A stretch of DNA of 32,000 nt, from contig NC_020409.1 of NCBI RefSeq assembly GCF_000341895.1, positions 2,730,001 to 2,762,000 of the forward strand. The letters run 5' to 3'. This document shows positions 16,306 to 25,230 of this stretch, piece by piece (within the stretch, counting starts at the first letter, position 1; every line of letters starts with the position of its first letter). The position numbers were made by a program, and so were the translations under genes. The notes below the pieces were generated by a model, which saw only the letters and a program-made list of their open reading frames with translations, made no database searches and was not told the origin of the DNA. This DNA comes from Pseudodesulfovibrio piezophilus C1TLV30. Its GTDB lineage: Bacteria > Desulfobacterota > Desulfovibrionia > Desulfovibrionales > Desulfovibrionaceae.

Positions 16306-16490
16306 TTCTATCAGGCCATTTATGCCTGGAGAGCTCTGTTTTCCGGGGAAAAAACGGTTTTTGGCACCCATTGGTGGCAATGCTTTGGTTCGAGCTTGAA
16401 TTCACGGTTGTTCTTTTCTTGCCGAGCAGTTAATTTGCACGCAATTGATATGCGCAAGAGCATGATAAAAACCGTTCAAACGGAGATTCT

Positions 16491-17870
16491 ATGTCTGAAA
16501 TGTCCACTACAGCCGTTGTCCTTGCCGCAGGCAAGGGAACACGGATGCATTCTGCAAAGCCCAAAGTTTTGCAGACAATTCTCAATGAGCCGATGCTCTA
16601 TTATGTTTATGCTGCCCTGGCGCCACTTTTCAGGGAGAATATACTGACGGTGATCGGGCATGGTGCCGAGATGGTCGAGTCAGCATTTCCGGAGAAGAAG
16701 GATTCCTTTGTGATCCAGGAGGAGCAGCTGGGGACCGGGCATGCACTTCAGGTTGCCTGGGATGCCGTGAAAAAAAACGGGGCAACCCATTGTCTGGTCA
16801 TCAATGGCGATACGCCCCTGGTGACGGTTGAGGCGCTGGATCGACTGACCAGTGTGACCGGCTGTTGCGATCTGGCCTTCATGACCATCACGCCCAAGGA
16901 TGTCGGAACGTTTGGACGGGTGGTTCGTGACGAGGACAGGCGGATCACTTCCATTGTCGAGGCCAAGGATTTTGACATGAATATCCACGGTCCCATTACC
17001 GGGGAAGTGAATGCCGGTATTTATCTTTTGAAAATCGAGACCATTGAACCGTTGCTGGATGCCTTGAAAAATGAAAATGCCAGTGGCGAGTATTACATTA
17101 CGGATTTGGTCGCCTTGGCTGTTGAACGTGGATTAAGCGTTGACGGAGTGCAGTGTGGGGATGATATCAGTCTTATGGGCATTAACAGTCCACGGGAATT
17201 GGTGGTTGCCGAGAACACACTTCGGCGGCAGACTGTGGATGAACTGATTGACGCAGGAGTCCTGATTCACAATCCTGATACGGTGACCATTGGTCCTGGT
17301 GTGACTGTGGAGCCGGGAGCGGAAATTTTCGGCCACTGTGAAATTTACGGAGCCTCCTATGTCAAGGCAGGCGCTCGTCTGGGATCGTATACATATATAA
17401 CGGATTCTACCTTTGAAACAGGCTGTAATGTCAAACAGTTCTGCCATATTGAAGGAGCCGGAGTCGGTCCGGACTGTGTGGTCGGTCCCTATGCGCGTCT
17501 TCGTCCCGGAGCTGTGCTCAAGCGAGGAGCAAGGGTCGGGAATTTTGTTGAAATAAAAAAAGCCGTGCTGGGTGAAGGAGCCAAGGCGAGTCATCTGACA
17601 TATCTTGGCGATGCTGATGTCGGAGCCGGAGCGAACATTGGTGCAGGAACCATCACATGCAATTATGACGGCAAGAATAAATTTACAACGGTCATAGGGG
17701 AAGGGGCTTTTATCGGGTCGAACACTGCTCTGGTCGCACCAGTCTCGGTCGGCCGGGATGCTCTGGTAGGAGCCGGCTCTACTATAACCAAGGACGTGCC
17801 TGAAGCGGGTGGTGCCATAGCCCGAGGCAAGCAGATAAACATCAACCGTCGATTGAAAAAATCAGATTGA
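16491..17870 (+). CDS. glmU: bifunctional UDP-N-acetylglucosamine diphosphorylase / glucosamine-1-phosphate N-acetyltransferase
   Basis: N-terminal VVLAAGKGTRMHSAKPKVL. C-terminal left-handed beta-helix hexapeptide repeats, and NYDGKNKFTTVIGEGAFIGSNTALVAPV. Confidence 0.95.
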   Translation: MSEMSTTAVVLAAGKGTRMHSAKPKVLQTILNEPMLYYVYAALAPLFRENILTVIGHGAEMVESAFPEKKDSFVIQEEQLGTGHALQVAWDAVKKNGATHCLVINGDTPLVTVEALDRLTSVTGCCDLAFMTITPKDVGTFGRVVRDEDRRITSIVEAKDFDMNIHGPITGEVNAGIYLLKIETIEPLLDALKNENASGEYYITDLVALAVERGLSVDGVQCGDDISLMGINSPRELVVAENTLRRQTVDELIDAGVLIHNPDTVTIGPGVTVEPGAEIFGHCEIYGASYVKAGARLGSYTYITDSTFETGCNVKQFCHIEGAGVGPDCVVGPYARLRPGAVLKRGARVGNFVEIKKAVLGEGAKASHLTYLGDADVGAGANIGAGTITCNYDGKNKFTTVIGEGAFIGSNTALVAPVSVGRDALVGAGSTITKDVPEAGGAIARGKQININRRLKKSD

Positions 17871-17901
17871 TTTTTGATTGGTACAAGGATAAATACAAGG
17901 T

Positions 17902-18078
17902 ATGGAAATTGTTGCCCGACTTGAAGAAAGATTCAACGAGTTGTTAGATAAAATCAAGTATTTGAAGGAAGAAAACCAGCGCTTGAGGGAGGAAGTCGAG
18001 GCCGAGCTGAACAAACGGCACGACATCGAGTCTCGCATTGATACGCTTTTGGGGAAAATCCAAAACGAACTGGAATAA
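17902..18078 (+). CDS. zapB: ZapB-like coiled-coil cell-division protein (58 aa)
   Basis: Read by hand: MEIVARLEERFNELLDKIKYLKEENQRLREEVEAELNKRHDIESRIDTLLGKIQNELE. It shows a heptad coiled coil and lies directly upstream of zapA. Confidence 0.55.
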   Translation: MEIVARLEERFNELLDKIKYLKEENQRLREEVEAELNKRHDIESRIDTLLGKIQNELE

Positions 18079-18090
18079 CAGCGATATACG

Positions 18091-18360
18091 ATGCCACGTT
18101 ACACGTTGAAACTGTTTGGCCTTGAGATATCCTTCAAGACGGATGCGGAAAACAACCGCATAAATGCTGCGCAAGCCTATCTGGAGACGAAATATAACGA
18201 GCTGCTTTCCGGGGCAGGCGAGTTGAGCAAGGAAAAGGCGTTAACTTTTCTTTTGCTCAGTTTGGCTGATGATTACCTGGTCAACTCGACGAAACTTGCG
18301 TTGCTGGAAGAGAAGATCGGAAAGATTTTGGAAAAGACCGAAGAAGACCCAGGCCGATGA
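18091..18360 (+). CDS. zapA: cell division protein ZapA
   Basis: 89 aa. The beginning (LKLFGLEISFKTDAENNRINAAQAYLETKY) and the helical C-terminus fit the ZapA fold pattern. Confidence 0.75.
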   Translation: MPRYTLKLFGLEISFKTDAENNRINAAQAYLETKYNELLSGAGELSKEKALTFLLLSLADDYLVNSTKLALLEEKIGKILEKTEEDPGR

Positions 18361-18397
18361 TAGGAAGGGACTCTCGGTCAGGCAAAGGAATTACCCT

Positions 18398-18580
18398 GGG
18401 GCGTTTGTGATTGCCCGGAGTGTTATTGAGCCAATGCTCTGATTAAGGGCGACGACTCCAGCGTGCTGGTGTGCATGCCCGGCGCAGCCGGGAAGCCTGA
18501 AGGCACGCGAGACATGCCCACCTGGACATACCAGGTTCAAAACAAACTGGTAACACGGCTTCCCGGGGACCCAAACCGGG
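18398..18580 (+). ncRNA. ssrS: 6S RNA (SsrS) candidate; ends approximate to about +/-15 nt
   Basis: Non-coding gap after zapA, the same synteny as E. coli zapA-ssrS. Blocks recalled from E. coli 6S recur: TGAGCC(A)AT; GGTG(T)GCATGC(C)CGG...CCGGGAAGCCTGAA versus GGTGAGCATGCTCGG...CCGAGAAGCCTTAA; and CACCTGGACATACCAGGTTCAA versus CACCTTGAACCAAGGGTTCAA. A closing helix is possible between CCCGGAG-TGTTA (18414-18425) and TAACA...CCGGG (18551-18567). Confidence 0.65.
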
Positions 18581-18757
18581 CCGGGGGGAAACCCCCGGCC
18601 GGACGATATATAGCTTTAAGCCTGCCATTTCAACCGATCCAGCGTTACTCCATACGTCTCTTCCTTGCGTCTTCCGCCGTCCGTGCACACTTATGCGCGG
18701 CCTATGGCGTCAACAGACCGCCCAACGTCTGTCAACATAAACGTAAGGAGAACCCCC

Positions 18758-20314
18758 ATGTTAACCGAAATCGTCATGATCGGTGCAGGGGCAGGATTTG
18801 GTCTGGGGGCCGGATTTCTGCTTCAAAAATACATCGCGGACAAACAAATATCGGATTCACAGGGACTGGCGCACCGTATCGTCGAAGAAGCCAGAAAAGA
18901 GAGTGAAGCCTTGAAAAAGGAGTCCCGTCTCCAAGCTCAGGACGAAATATATAGTCAGAAGCAGGCATTGGAGAGAGACTTCAAGGATCGCGAAGGTCAT
19001 CTCAAGGGAGAGGAAAAGCGCCTCCATAGCAAAGAAGAGCGGCTTGATGCAAAGCGGGAGAAAGTCGCGGACAAGGAAGCCCAGGTTGTCGAGTTGCAGA
19101 AACAACTCATCAAGCAGGAAAAACATCTGGACGACCTTGAAGAGGAATTGAGCGAGAAAGCTGACGAGCACGAGCGTAAATTGCAGGAAATTTCCGGGCT
19201 GACTGTGGAAGAAGCGCGGGAGAATTTGCTGACTGAGATAGAATCCCGCACTCGTCATGAAGCTGCCAAGATGATCCGCAACATCGAGATGGAAGCCAAG
19301 GAAAGTGCCAGCAAAAAAGCCAAGGAAATACTGTCGCTTGCATTGCAACGATACGCCGGAGATTACGCGGGAGAGCAAACAGTCACTGCCGTGACTCTGC
19401 CTTCCGAGGATATGAAGGGGCGTATCATTGGGCGTGAAGGGCGCAATATTCGCGCTCTGGAAGCCGCGACCGGGGTTGATTTGATCATCGATGATACCCC
19501 AGAGACCGTCGTCCTTTCTGCCTTTAGCCCGCTCAAGCGGGAAGTCGCAAAGCAGGCTTTGGAGCGTCTCATTCATGATGGCCGTATTCATCCGGCCCGC
19601 ATTGAAGAGATCGTCAAAAAAGTTGAGAGCGAAATGGATACCAAGCTCAAAGAGATAGGAGAGCAGGCGACTTTCGATGTCGGTGTTCATGGTATCCACC
19701 CTGAGTTGGTCAATCTACTTGGCCGGTTGCACTATCGTACTTCCTTTTCTCAGAATGTCCTTCAGCACTCCATGGAAGTCGCCTTTCTGTGTGGTGTCAT
19801 GGCTGCGGAGCTTGGATTGAATGAAAAGGAAGCAAAGCGCGCAGGGTTGCTGCATGATTTGGGTAAAGCTGTCGATCATGAGATCGAAGGGCCGCATGCC
19901 ATAATCGGTGCTGATCTGGCCAAGAAGCACGGTGAGTCCAAGGATATTATCCACGCCATTGCGGCACACCATGAAGATACGCCGCCCATGTCCATCCTGG
20001 CCAATCTGGTTCAGGCTGCCGACTCTCTGTCCGGCGCACGGCCCGGCGCACGCAAGGAACTCCTTGAGAATTATGTCAAACGGCTGGAAGAGCTTGAGGG
20101 GCTGGCCACGAGCTTTGATGGTGTTTCCAAGGCATATGCCATTCAGGCTGGCCGCGAGATTCGCGTCATGGTGGATTCGGAAAGAATCGGCGATGAGAAT
20201 ACATATGTCCTGTGCAAGGATATTGCTGAAAAAATAGAAAACAACATGACATATCCGGGGCAGATTCGCGTGACCGTCATACGGGAAAAGCGGGCTGTGG
20301 GATATGCAAAATAA
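18758..20314 (+). CDS. rny: ribonuclease Y
   Basis: The ATG at 18758 is preceded by AAGGAG (18745-18750). N-terminal TM anchor, coiled coil, KH domain ([17 protein letters not shown]), and HD domain ([12 protein letters not shown]...AAHHED). Confidence 0.95.
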   Translation: MLTEIVMIGAGAGFGLGAGFLLQKYIADKQISDSQGLAHRIVEEARKESEALKKESRLQAQDEIYSQKQALERDFKDREGHLKGEEKRLHSKEERLDAKREKVADKEAQVVELQKQLIKQEKHLDDLEEELSEKADEHERKLQEISGLTVEEARENLLTEIESRTRHEAAKMIRNIEMEAKESASKKAKEILSLALQRYAGDYAGEQTVTAVTLPSEDMKGRIIGREGRNIRALEAATGVDLIIDDTPETVVLSAFSPLKREVAKQALERLIHDGRIHPARIEEIVKKVESEMDTKLKEIGEQATFDVGVHGIHPELVNLLGRLHYRTSFSQNVLQHSMEVAFLCGVMAAELGLNEKEAKRAGLLHDLGKAVDHEIEGPHAIIGADLAKKHGESKDIIHAIAAHHEDTPPMSILANLVQAADSLSGARPGARKELLENYVKRLEELEGLATSFDGVSKAYAIQAGREIRVMVDSERIGDENTYVLCKDIAEKIENNMTYPGQIRVTVIREKRAVGYAK

Positions 20315-20325
20315 ATGATCATCAT

Positions 20326-20364
20326 GAAGAAGCCCGATTCAAGTGAATCGGGCTTCTTCTTTTG
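20326..20364 (+). terminator. rho-independent terminator after rny
   Basis: 15-bp stem GAAGAAGCCCGATTC / GAATCGGGCTTCTTC with loop AAGT, followed by TTTTG. Confidence 0.8.
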
Positions 20365-20500
20365 ATGATTGGAAGGAAGGCGAAGACATATTCCGGTGCT
20401 GGTAAGGCAATTTATCATGGTGTTGTGATTGACATCTGGTAAGAATGGCACGGATGGTCACCTGTGCAACCAAAACTGATGGTCATGGAGCATTGAGAGA

Positions 20501-21421
20501 ATGAACCCGAACAAGCCGACTGCGACATCCAATGCTTTTGGCACGATCGATGATGCCAAACTCAAGGAATCAGTGGATAAATCCATGACTGTTTTTCGTG
20601 AGGAATTGGGTGAAAATGAATTTCGTCGATTCTCGGAACTTATTCAGAGTGAATTCGGCATCAAAATGCCCCCCACCAAGCGAGTGCTGCTCCAATCTCG
20701 ATTTCAGAAACGGCTTCGTGCGCTTGGGATGCATTCCTACAAAGAATATTGCGACTATGTCTTTTCCGAGCATGGGCATGAGCAGGAGCGCAAACATCTC
20801 ATAGATGTCGTCACGACCAACACCACACATTTTTTTCGTGAGCCGAAACATTGGGATATCATTAATCAGATCGTGCTTCCTGATTTATGGCAACGGGGCA
20901 TCGGCCGTGGCACTCCGCTTAAGCTTTGGAGCGCGGGATGTTCCAGCGGAGAAGAGCCATACACCCTTTCCATGATTCTTTCCGAATTTCAATCGCACCA
21001 CTCCGGGTTTGATTTTTCGATTCTCGCGACGGATATTTCCACTGAAATTCTGCAAAAGGCCAAGAGGGCAGTCTACGCACTCGAAAAAGCAGATGAAATC
21101 CCGATGGAGATGAAAAAAAAGTATTTGCTCAAGAGCAAAAAAAAACCCCTCATCAAGATCGATTCCGCCCTTCAGCAGAAGGTGACTTTCCAACGTCTCA
21201 ACTTCATGGATAATTTCAAGCTTCAGGAAAAGCAGGATATTATTTTTTGTCGAAATGTCGTCATTTATTTCGACAGGGCCACACAGGTCGTACTTTTCAA
21301 CAAATTCTGCAATAATATCAAGACAGGTGGCTATCTTTTCATAGGCCATTCAGAGAGTTTGTCTGGAATGCAGCTCCCCATCAAGCAGGTTGCCCCCACA
21401 GTTTTCAAGCGTCTGGGTTGA
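20501..21421 (+). CDS. cheR: chemotaxis protein methyltransferase CheR
   Basis: TNTTHFFREPKHW, SAM-binding LWSAGCSSGEEPYTLSMIL, and IFCRNVVIYFD. Confidence 0.9.
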   Translation: MNPNKPTATSNAFGTIDDAKLKESVDKSMTVFREELGENEFRRFSELIQSEFGIKMPPTKRVLLQSRFQKRLRALGMHSYKEYCDYVFSEHGHEQERKHLIDVVTTNTTHFFREPKHWDIINQIVLPDLWQRGIGRGTPLKLWSAGCSSGEEPYTLSMILSEFQSHHSGFDFSILATDISTEILQKAKRAVYALEKADEIPMEMKKKYLLKSKKKPLIKIDSALQQKVTFQRLNFMDNFKLQEKQDIIFCRNVVIYFDRATQVVLFNKFCNNIKTGGYLFIGHSESLSGMQLPIKQVAPTVFKRLG

Positions 21422-21490
21422 CCCGGACGGATCGGATGACTATCCCTCCCCTAGCCAGTTGTTCACTCTTCCATAGGGGATTTTCAATTC

Positions 21491-22267
21491 ATGCGTATTC
21501 TGTTTCTTGGTGACATTGTCGGGCGTTCCGGCCGAAGGGCTGTCAAAGAGAATCTTCTCCGTATCCGACAGGAACAGGGGATAGATCTCGTGTTCGCCAA
21601 TGGTGAAAATGCCAGTGGCGGATACGGGCTCAAATCAAAACATGCTCAAGAGTTCTTTAAGGTTGGGATAGACGGGATCACCGGCGGCAACCATATTTGG
21701 AAGTATAAGGATCTCTATTCCATGTTGCAATCTGACGGCAGAGTGTTGAGGCCGCATAATTATGCGGATCACCTCCCTGGTTCCGGGGTGCATGTTTTTG
21801 AAAAAGAGGGATTGCCACCTGTTGCCGTGATCAATATCATCGGGCGGACATTTATGCCGCCAATTGATTGTCCGTTTGCGTCCGTTGAGTCCATCCTGGA
21901 TGAATTGGCTCCTGATATTCCTGTTCGGATAGTTGATTTCCATGCAGAAGCCACGGGTGAGAAGATCGCTATGGGATATTTTTTGGAAGGAAAGGTCTCG
22001 GCAGTGGTGGGAACACACACTCATGTTCAGACCAATGATGCGAAGGTTTTGACTGGGGGAACGGCATATTTGACAGATCTCGGCATGTGTGGGGCAATGG
22101 ATTCCTGCTTGGGGATGAAGCCGGAAATTATTCTTGACCGTTATCTGACTGGATTACCCCGGCAGCTTGAAGCAGCGCCTGGTCCGGGAGTTTTACAAGG
22201 CGCGATTTTTGACATAGATGAGACCTCCGGACGAGCGCTTTCCATAGCGCCGTACCAGCAGGTTTAA
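21491..22267 (+). CDS. TIGR00282/YmdB-family metallophosphoesterase (2',3'-cyclic-nucleotide phosphodiesterase-like)
   Basis: MRILFLGDIVGRSGRRAV..., NGENASGG, GNHIW, DFHAEATGEK, and GTHTHVQTND. These are calcineurin-like metal ligands in the YmdB arrangement. Confidence 0.85.
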   Translation: MRILFLGDIVGRSGRRAVKENLLRIRQEQGIDLVFANGENASGGYGLKSKHAQEFFKVGIDGITGGNHIWKYKDLYSMLQSDGRVLRPHNYADHLPGSGVHVFEKEGLPPVAVINIIGRTFMPPIDCPFASVESILDELAPDIPVRIVDFHAEATGEKIAMGYFLEGKVSAVVGTHTHVQTNDAKVLTGGTAYLTDLGMCGAMDSCLGMKPEIILDRYLTGLPRQLEAAPGPGVLQGAIFDIDETSGRALSIAPYQQV

Positions 22268-22344
22268 GGACTGCGCAATGCGGGAACAGTAGAGAAAAAT
22301 GCCTGGGTTAGAGGGCGTTTTCCTTTGCAACAGACGAGGATGAA

Positions 22345-23628
22345 ATGAATATTTATGATGAGTTGAAGTGGCGGGGATTGGTTAATCAGGTTTCTGACGA
22401 AGACAAGGTGCGCGAGTATCTTGGTCAGCCTGGTGCCACCATGTATTGTGGTTTCGATCCCACGGCTGAAAGTCTTCACATCGGTAACCTTGTGCCATTG
22501 CTGTGTCTTGCCCGTATGAAACGAGCAGGCCACAATCCTCTCTTCCTTATGGGTGGGGCTACCGGATTGATCGGTGATCCGTCCGGCAAGGACAAGGAAC
22601 GCGATCTTTCTCGCATGGAAGACCTGGAAGCCCGTGCTGAAAAAATCAAGGGCCAGGTTCGGCGTTTCTTTGAGCGCAATACCAAGGAACGGCCGGACAT
22701 CGTCAATAACTATGAGTGGACAAAAGATTTGACCGCCATTGAGTTGTTGCGTGATGTGGGGAAATATTTCACCGTCAACTGGATGCTTCAGAAAGAGTCC
22801 GTCAAGGGACGTATCGGACGGGAAGAAGTCGGTATTTCATATACCGAATTCAGCTATATGATTCTTCAGGGGTATGATTTTTATCATCTTTTTAAAACAA
22901 GAAATTGTCGTCTCCAGATTGGCGGTGGTGATCAATGGGGAAATATCACTGCTGGCTGCGAGCTGATTCGCAAGCGAAGCGCACTTGAGGATGACACTCA
23001 GGAAGAGGCGTTTGCTCTCACTTTCCCACTCATTACGACGGCTTCAGGAAAGAAATTCGGCAAGAGTGAAAAAGGTGCCATTTATCTGAACCCTGATATT
23101 ACATCCCCTTACGCATTCTATCAGTATTTTATCAACACTGATGATCGTGATGTCATAAAATTCCTCAAGCTTTTCACTTTCCTGGATAAAGAGCAGATTG
23201 CCGTATTGGAAAAAGAACAGGAAGAAGCCCCTCATCTGCGTTCAGCGCAGAAACGGTTGGCCGAGGAAGTGACCCGCATGATTCATGGCCAGCCGGAGCT
23301 TGACAGGGTTCTGGCCGCGACCGAAGCGCTTTTTGGCAAAGGTGAACTCAAGTCGGTCGATCCGTCCACTCTGCGAGCTGCCTTGGAGTCCGCTCCGAGC
23401 CGGCATTACGCGCCTGGTGATGTCCCGGATATCCCACAGATGCTTGTTGATCTTAAGTTGGTTGCCTCTAAGGGACAGGCCCGCAAGGATATCAAGGGCG
23501 GTGGCGTTTATTTCAATGGAAATCGTGTCGAGGATGGTCAGGATGTGACCGATCACGACTTCATTGGAGGAGAGTTGCTCGTGATCAGAAAGGGGAAAAA
23601 GAATTATGGTTTGATCACCAGGGGGTAG
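22345..23628 (+). CDS. tyrS: tyrosine--tRNA ligase
   Basis: HIGH motif (SLHIGNLVPL), KMSKS-type motif (KFGKSEKG), GGGDQWGNI, and a C-terminal S4-like domain (KGQARKDIKGGGVYFNGNRV). Confidence 0.95.
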   Translation: MNIYDELKWRGLVNQVSDEDKVREYLGQPGATMYCGFDPTAESLHIGNLVPLLCLARMKRAGHNPLFLMGGATGLIGDPSGKDKERDLSRMEDLEARAEKIKGQVRRFFERNTKERPDIVNNYEWTKDLTAIELLRDVGKYFTVNWMLQKESVKGRIGREEVGISYTEFSYMILQGYDFYHLFKTRNCRLQIGGGDQWGNITAGCELIRKRSALEDDTQEEAFALTFPLITTASGKKFGKSEKGAIYLNPDITSPYAFYQYFINTDDRDVIKFLKLFTFLDKEQIAVLEKEQEEAPHLRSAQKRLAEEVTRMIHGQPELDRVLAATEALFGKGELKSVDPSTLRAALESAPSRHYAPGDVPDIPQMLVDLKLVASKGQARKDIKGGGVYFNGNRVEDGQDVTDHDFIGGELLVIRKGKKNYGLITRG

Positions 23629-23695
23629 AGTGTCTTTTTTCGGGATTGTTCCCGAAACGATGGAGCGCCCCCTGCTTTTGACAGCGCATGACAGG

Positions 23696-23732
23696 CACCC
23701 TGAAAACATTTGTTTTCAGGGTGTTTTCTTTT
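23696..23732 (+). terminator. rho-independent terminator after tyrS
   Basis: 12-bp stem CACCCTGAAAAC / GTTTTCAGGGTG with loop ATTT, followed by TTTTCTTTT. Confidence 0.8.
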
Positions 23733-23792
23733 GGAGTGGATGTTTTTTTGGAGGGTACTGAAGGTGAAGAGAAGGCTGTTTTCAAGGAAAAG

Positions 23793-24578
23793 TCAACGCA
23801 GAAGGAGGCGGTGTGCATTGGAAAAACACCGTTTTCTGACCAGGCCTGTAATGAGAAGGACGCCGAGTGAGGTTGATGCGACAATCATGAGCATGACGAC
23901 AATTTGGTATCTGATTGCTATCAAAGGGTCTGTCCCGGAGAGGATTTGTCCGGTCATCATGCCTGGGAGGGAAACAAGTCCTACAGCCATGAGAGAATTG
24001 ATGGACGGGATCATTCCTGCTCGAACGGAATCGCGTAGAATGTCTTGAGAAGCTTCACGGTAGTCGGCCCCAAGAGTGAGGCGCATCTCCACTTCGGCGC
24101 GGCGTATTTTGAGATCGGAAAAAAGTCGATCAAGGGATATGGAGATGGCAGTCATGGAATTGCCGACAATCATACCGGCCAAAGGAATGAAGTATTGTGG
24201 CGTCCACCATGGGCGTGCTCCAACAATGACGCCTGTGACAAGAAAAGTCACGAGGGTATAGGAGACAAACATGGCGATGTAGGTCGGGAGCACAAAGGGG
24301 ATGGTCTGTTCCCTGACGCGCCCCTTGATGATATGCACAGCGGCCGCGATCATGATCGAAAAAATGAGAAGAACCAACCAGCTTGCCTGGAGTGCGAAGA
24401 CAAACTTGAGGACAAACCCCATGAGGAAAAGTTGGGCAAAGGTGCGCACTGTTCCTATTATGAGGTCTTTGCCGAGGCCGAGCTTGTGGTAGAGCGAGGT
24501 GCCCCCTGCCAGCAGGACAAACCCGAGACACAGGGCGAGTTGGTATGGGCCGATCTCGATGATTTGTGCGGTTATCAT
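23793..24578 (-). CDS. fetB: FetB/YbbM-family (UPF0014) ABC-type iron-export permease
   Basis: Strong resemblance to my recollection of E. coli YbbM: IPLAGMIVGNSM, LTLGA, RDSVRAGMIPSINSLMAVGLVSLPGMMTGQILSGTDPL.AIRYQI. Confidence 0.8.
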   Translation of the reverse strand: MITAQIIEIGPYQLALCLGFVLLAGGTSLYHKLGLGKDLIIGTVRTFAQLFLMGFVLKFVFALQASWLVLLIFSIMIAAAVHIIKGRVREQTIPFVLPTYIAMFVSYTLVTFLVTGVIVGARPWWTPQYFIPLAGMIVGNSMTAISISLDRLFSDLKIRRAEVEMRLTLGADYREASQDILRDSVRAGMIPSINSLMAVGLVSLPGMMTGQILSGTDPLIAIRYQIVVMLMIVASTSLGVLLITGLVRKRCFSNAHRLLLR

Positions 24579-25228
24579 ACATATTCCAGGGTCTGGTCAT
24601 TGAATTGAATGGAGTGAGTAACACCTGGCGGTTTTTGTTGCGAATGGGAGATCATCACGACAGTCATTCCATTGTTTTTCAACTCCATGGCTTTTTCGAG
24701 AACCACGAGCGTGCTTCCGGGATCGAGCGATGCAGTGGGTTCATCCATCAGAATGATTTCCGGATCGAGCAAGAGGCTGCGAATAAGGCAGAGTCTTTGT
24801 GCCTGACCAACGGAAAGGGTATCGGCCCCGGTCTCCAAAGTGAAACAGTCGAGGAGAAAAGACCCCAGGTAGGATTCAAGAGCATCATCAGTCGGAGGCA
24901 TCAGAGACTTGTTGGCCTTGAACATGAAAGGGAGCATCAGGTTTTCCCGAACTGTTCCTTTGGAGAGTGAGGGGATTTGCTGCACGTAGGCGATGGAGCG
25001 TCTGAGGTCGGTGGGAGGAATATCTTCATATGGTGTGCCATTATATGTGACCTGACCCGACTGAGGCTCTTCGAGTCGACAAAGGAGGCGGAGCAGGGTG
25101 GATTTCCCGGCACCGGAAGGTCCACTGACAAGACAATAGGTTCCGGAATCAATGGTTATGGATGCCTGTTTCAGAATGACAGGGCCGTCTGCGTATGCAA
25201 ATGAAACCCGGTCAAGAGTGAGTGACAT
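24575..25228 (-). CDS. fetA: FetA/YbbL-like ABC transporter ATP-binding protein
   Basis: Walker A GPSGAGKST, signature LSVGQAQR, and Walker B ILMDEPTASLD. There is a 4-nt overlap with the permease gene. Confidence 0.8.
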   Translation of the reverse strand: MSLTLDRVSFAYADGPVILKQASITIDSGTYCLVSGPSGAGKSTLLRLLCRLEEPQSGQVTYNGTPYEDIPPTDLRRSIAYVQQIPSLSKGTVRENLMLPFMFKANKSLMPPTDDALESYLGSFLLDCFTLETGADTLSVGQAQRLCLIRSLLLDPEIILMDEPTASLDPGSTLVVLEKAMELKNNGMTVVMISHSQQKPPGVTHSIQFNDQTLEYV

Positions 25229-25230
25229 GG

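Noticed and set aside
16362-16392. TGGCAC-containing sequence upstream of glmU as a sigma54 promoter
   Set aside because: TGGCACCCATTGGTGG lacks the TTGC -12 element at the required spacing. Other TGGCA occurrences in the window (8953, 20446, 20541, 26208) fail in the same way.
16322-16399. 25-aa ORF (MPGELCFPGKKRFLAPIGGNALVRA) after the PqqD-like gene as a possible precursor peptide
   Set aside because: It has no Shine-Dalgarno sequence and no recognisable leader/core features. It cannot be supported without conservation data. It is mentioned here only so it can be checked.
18443-18906. ORFs 18443-18688 (-) and 18463-18906 (+), and the rny start at 18665
   Set aside because: They cover the 6S RNA candidate and the rny leader, and their translations are Pro/Arg/Gly-rich. 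The ATG at 18758 with AAGGAG begins the conserved RNase Y membrane anchor.
18857-19699. 280-aa ORF antisense to rny
   Set aside because: It is a shadow of the Glu/Lys-rich coiled-coil region, which yields a Leu/Phe-rich antisense frame. No independent signals support it.
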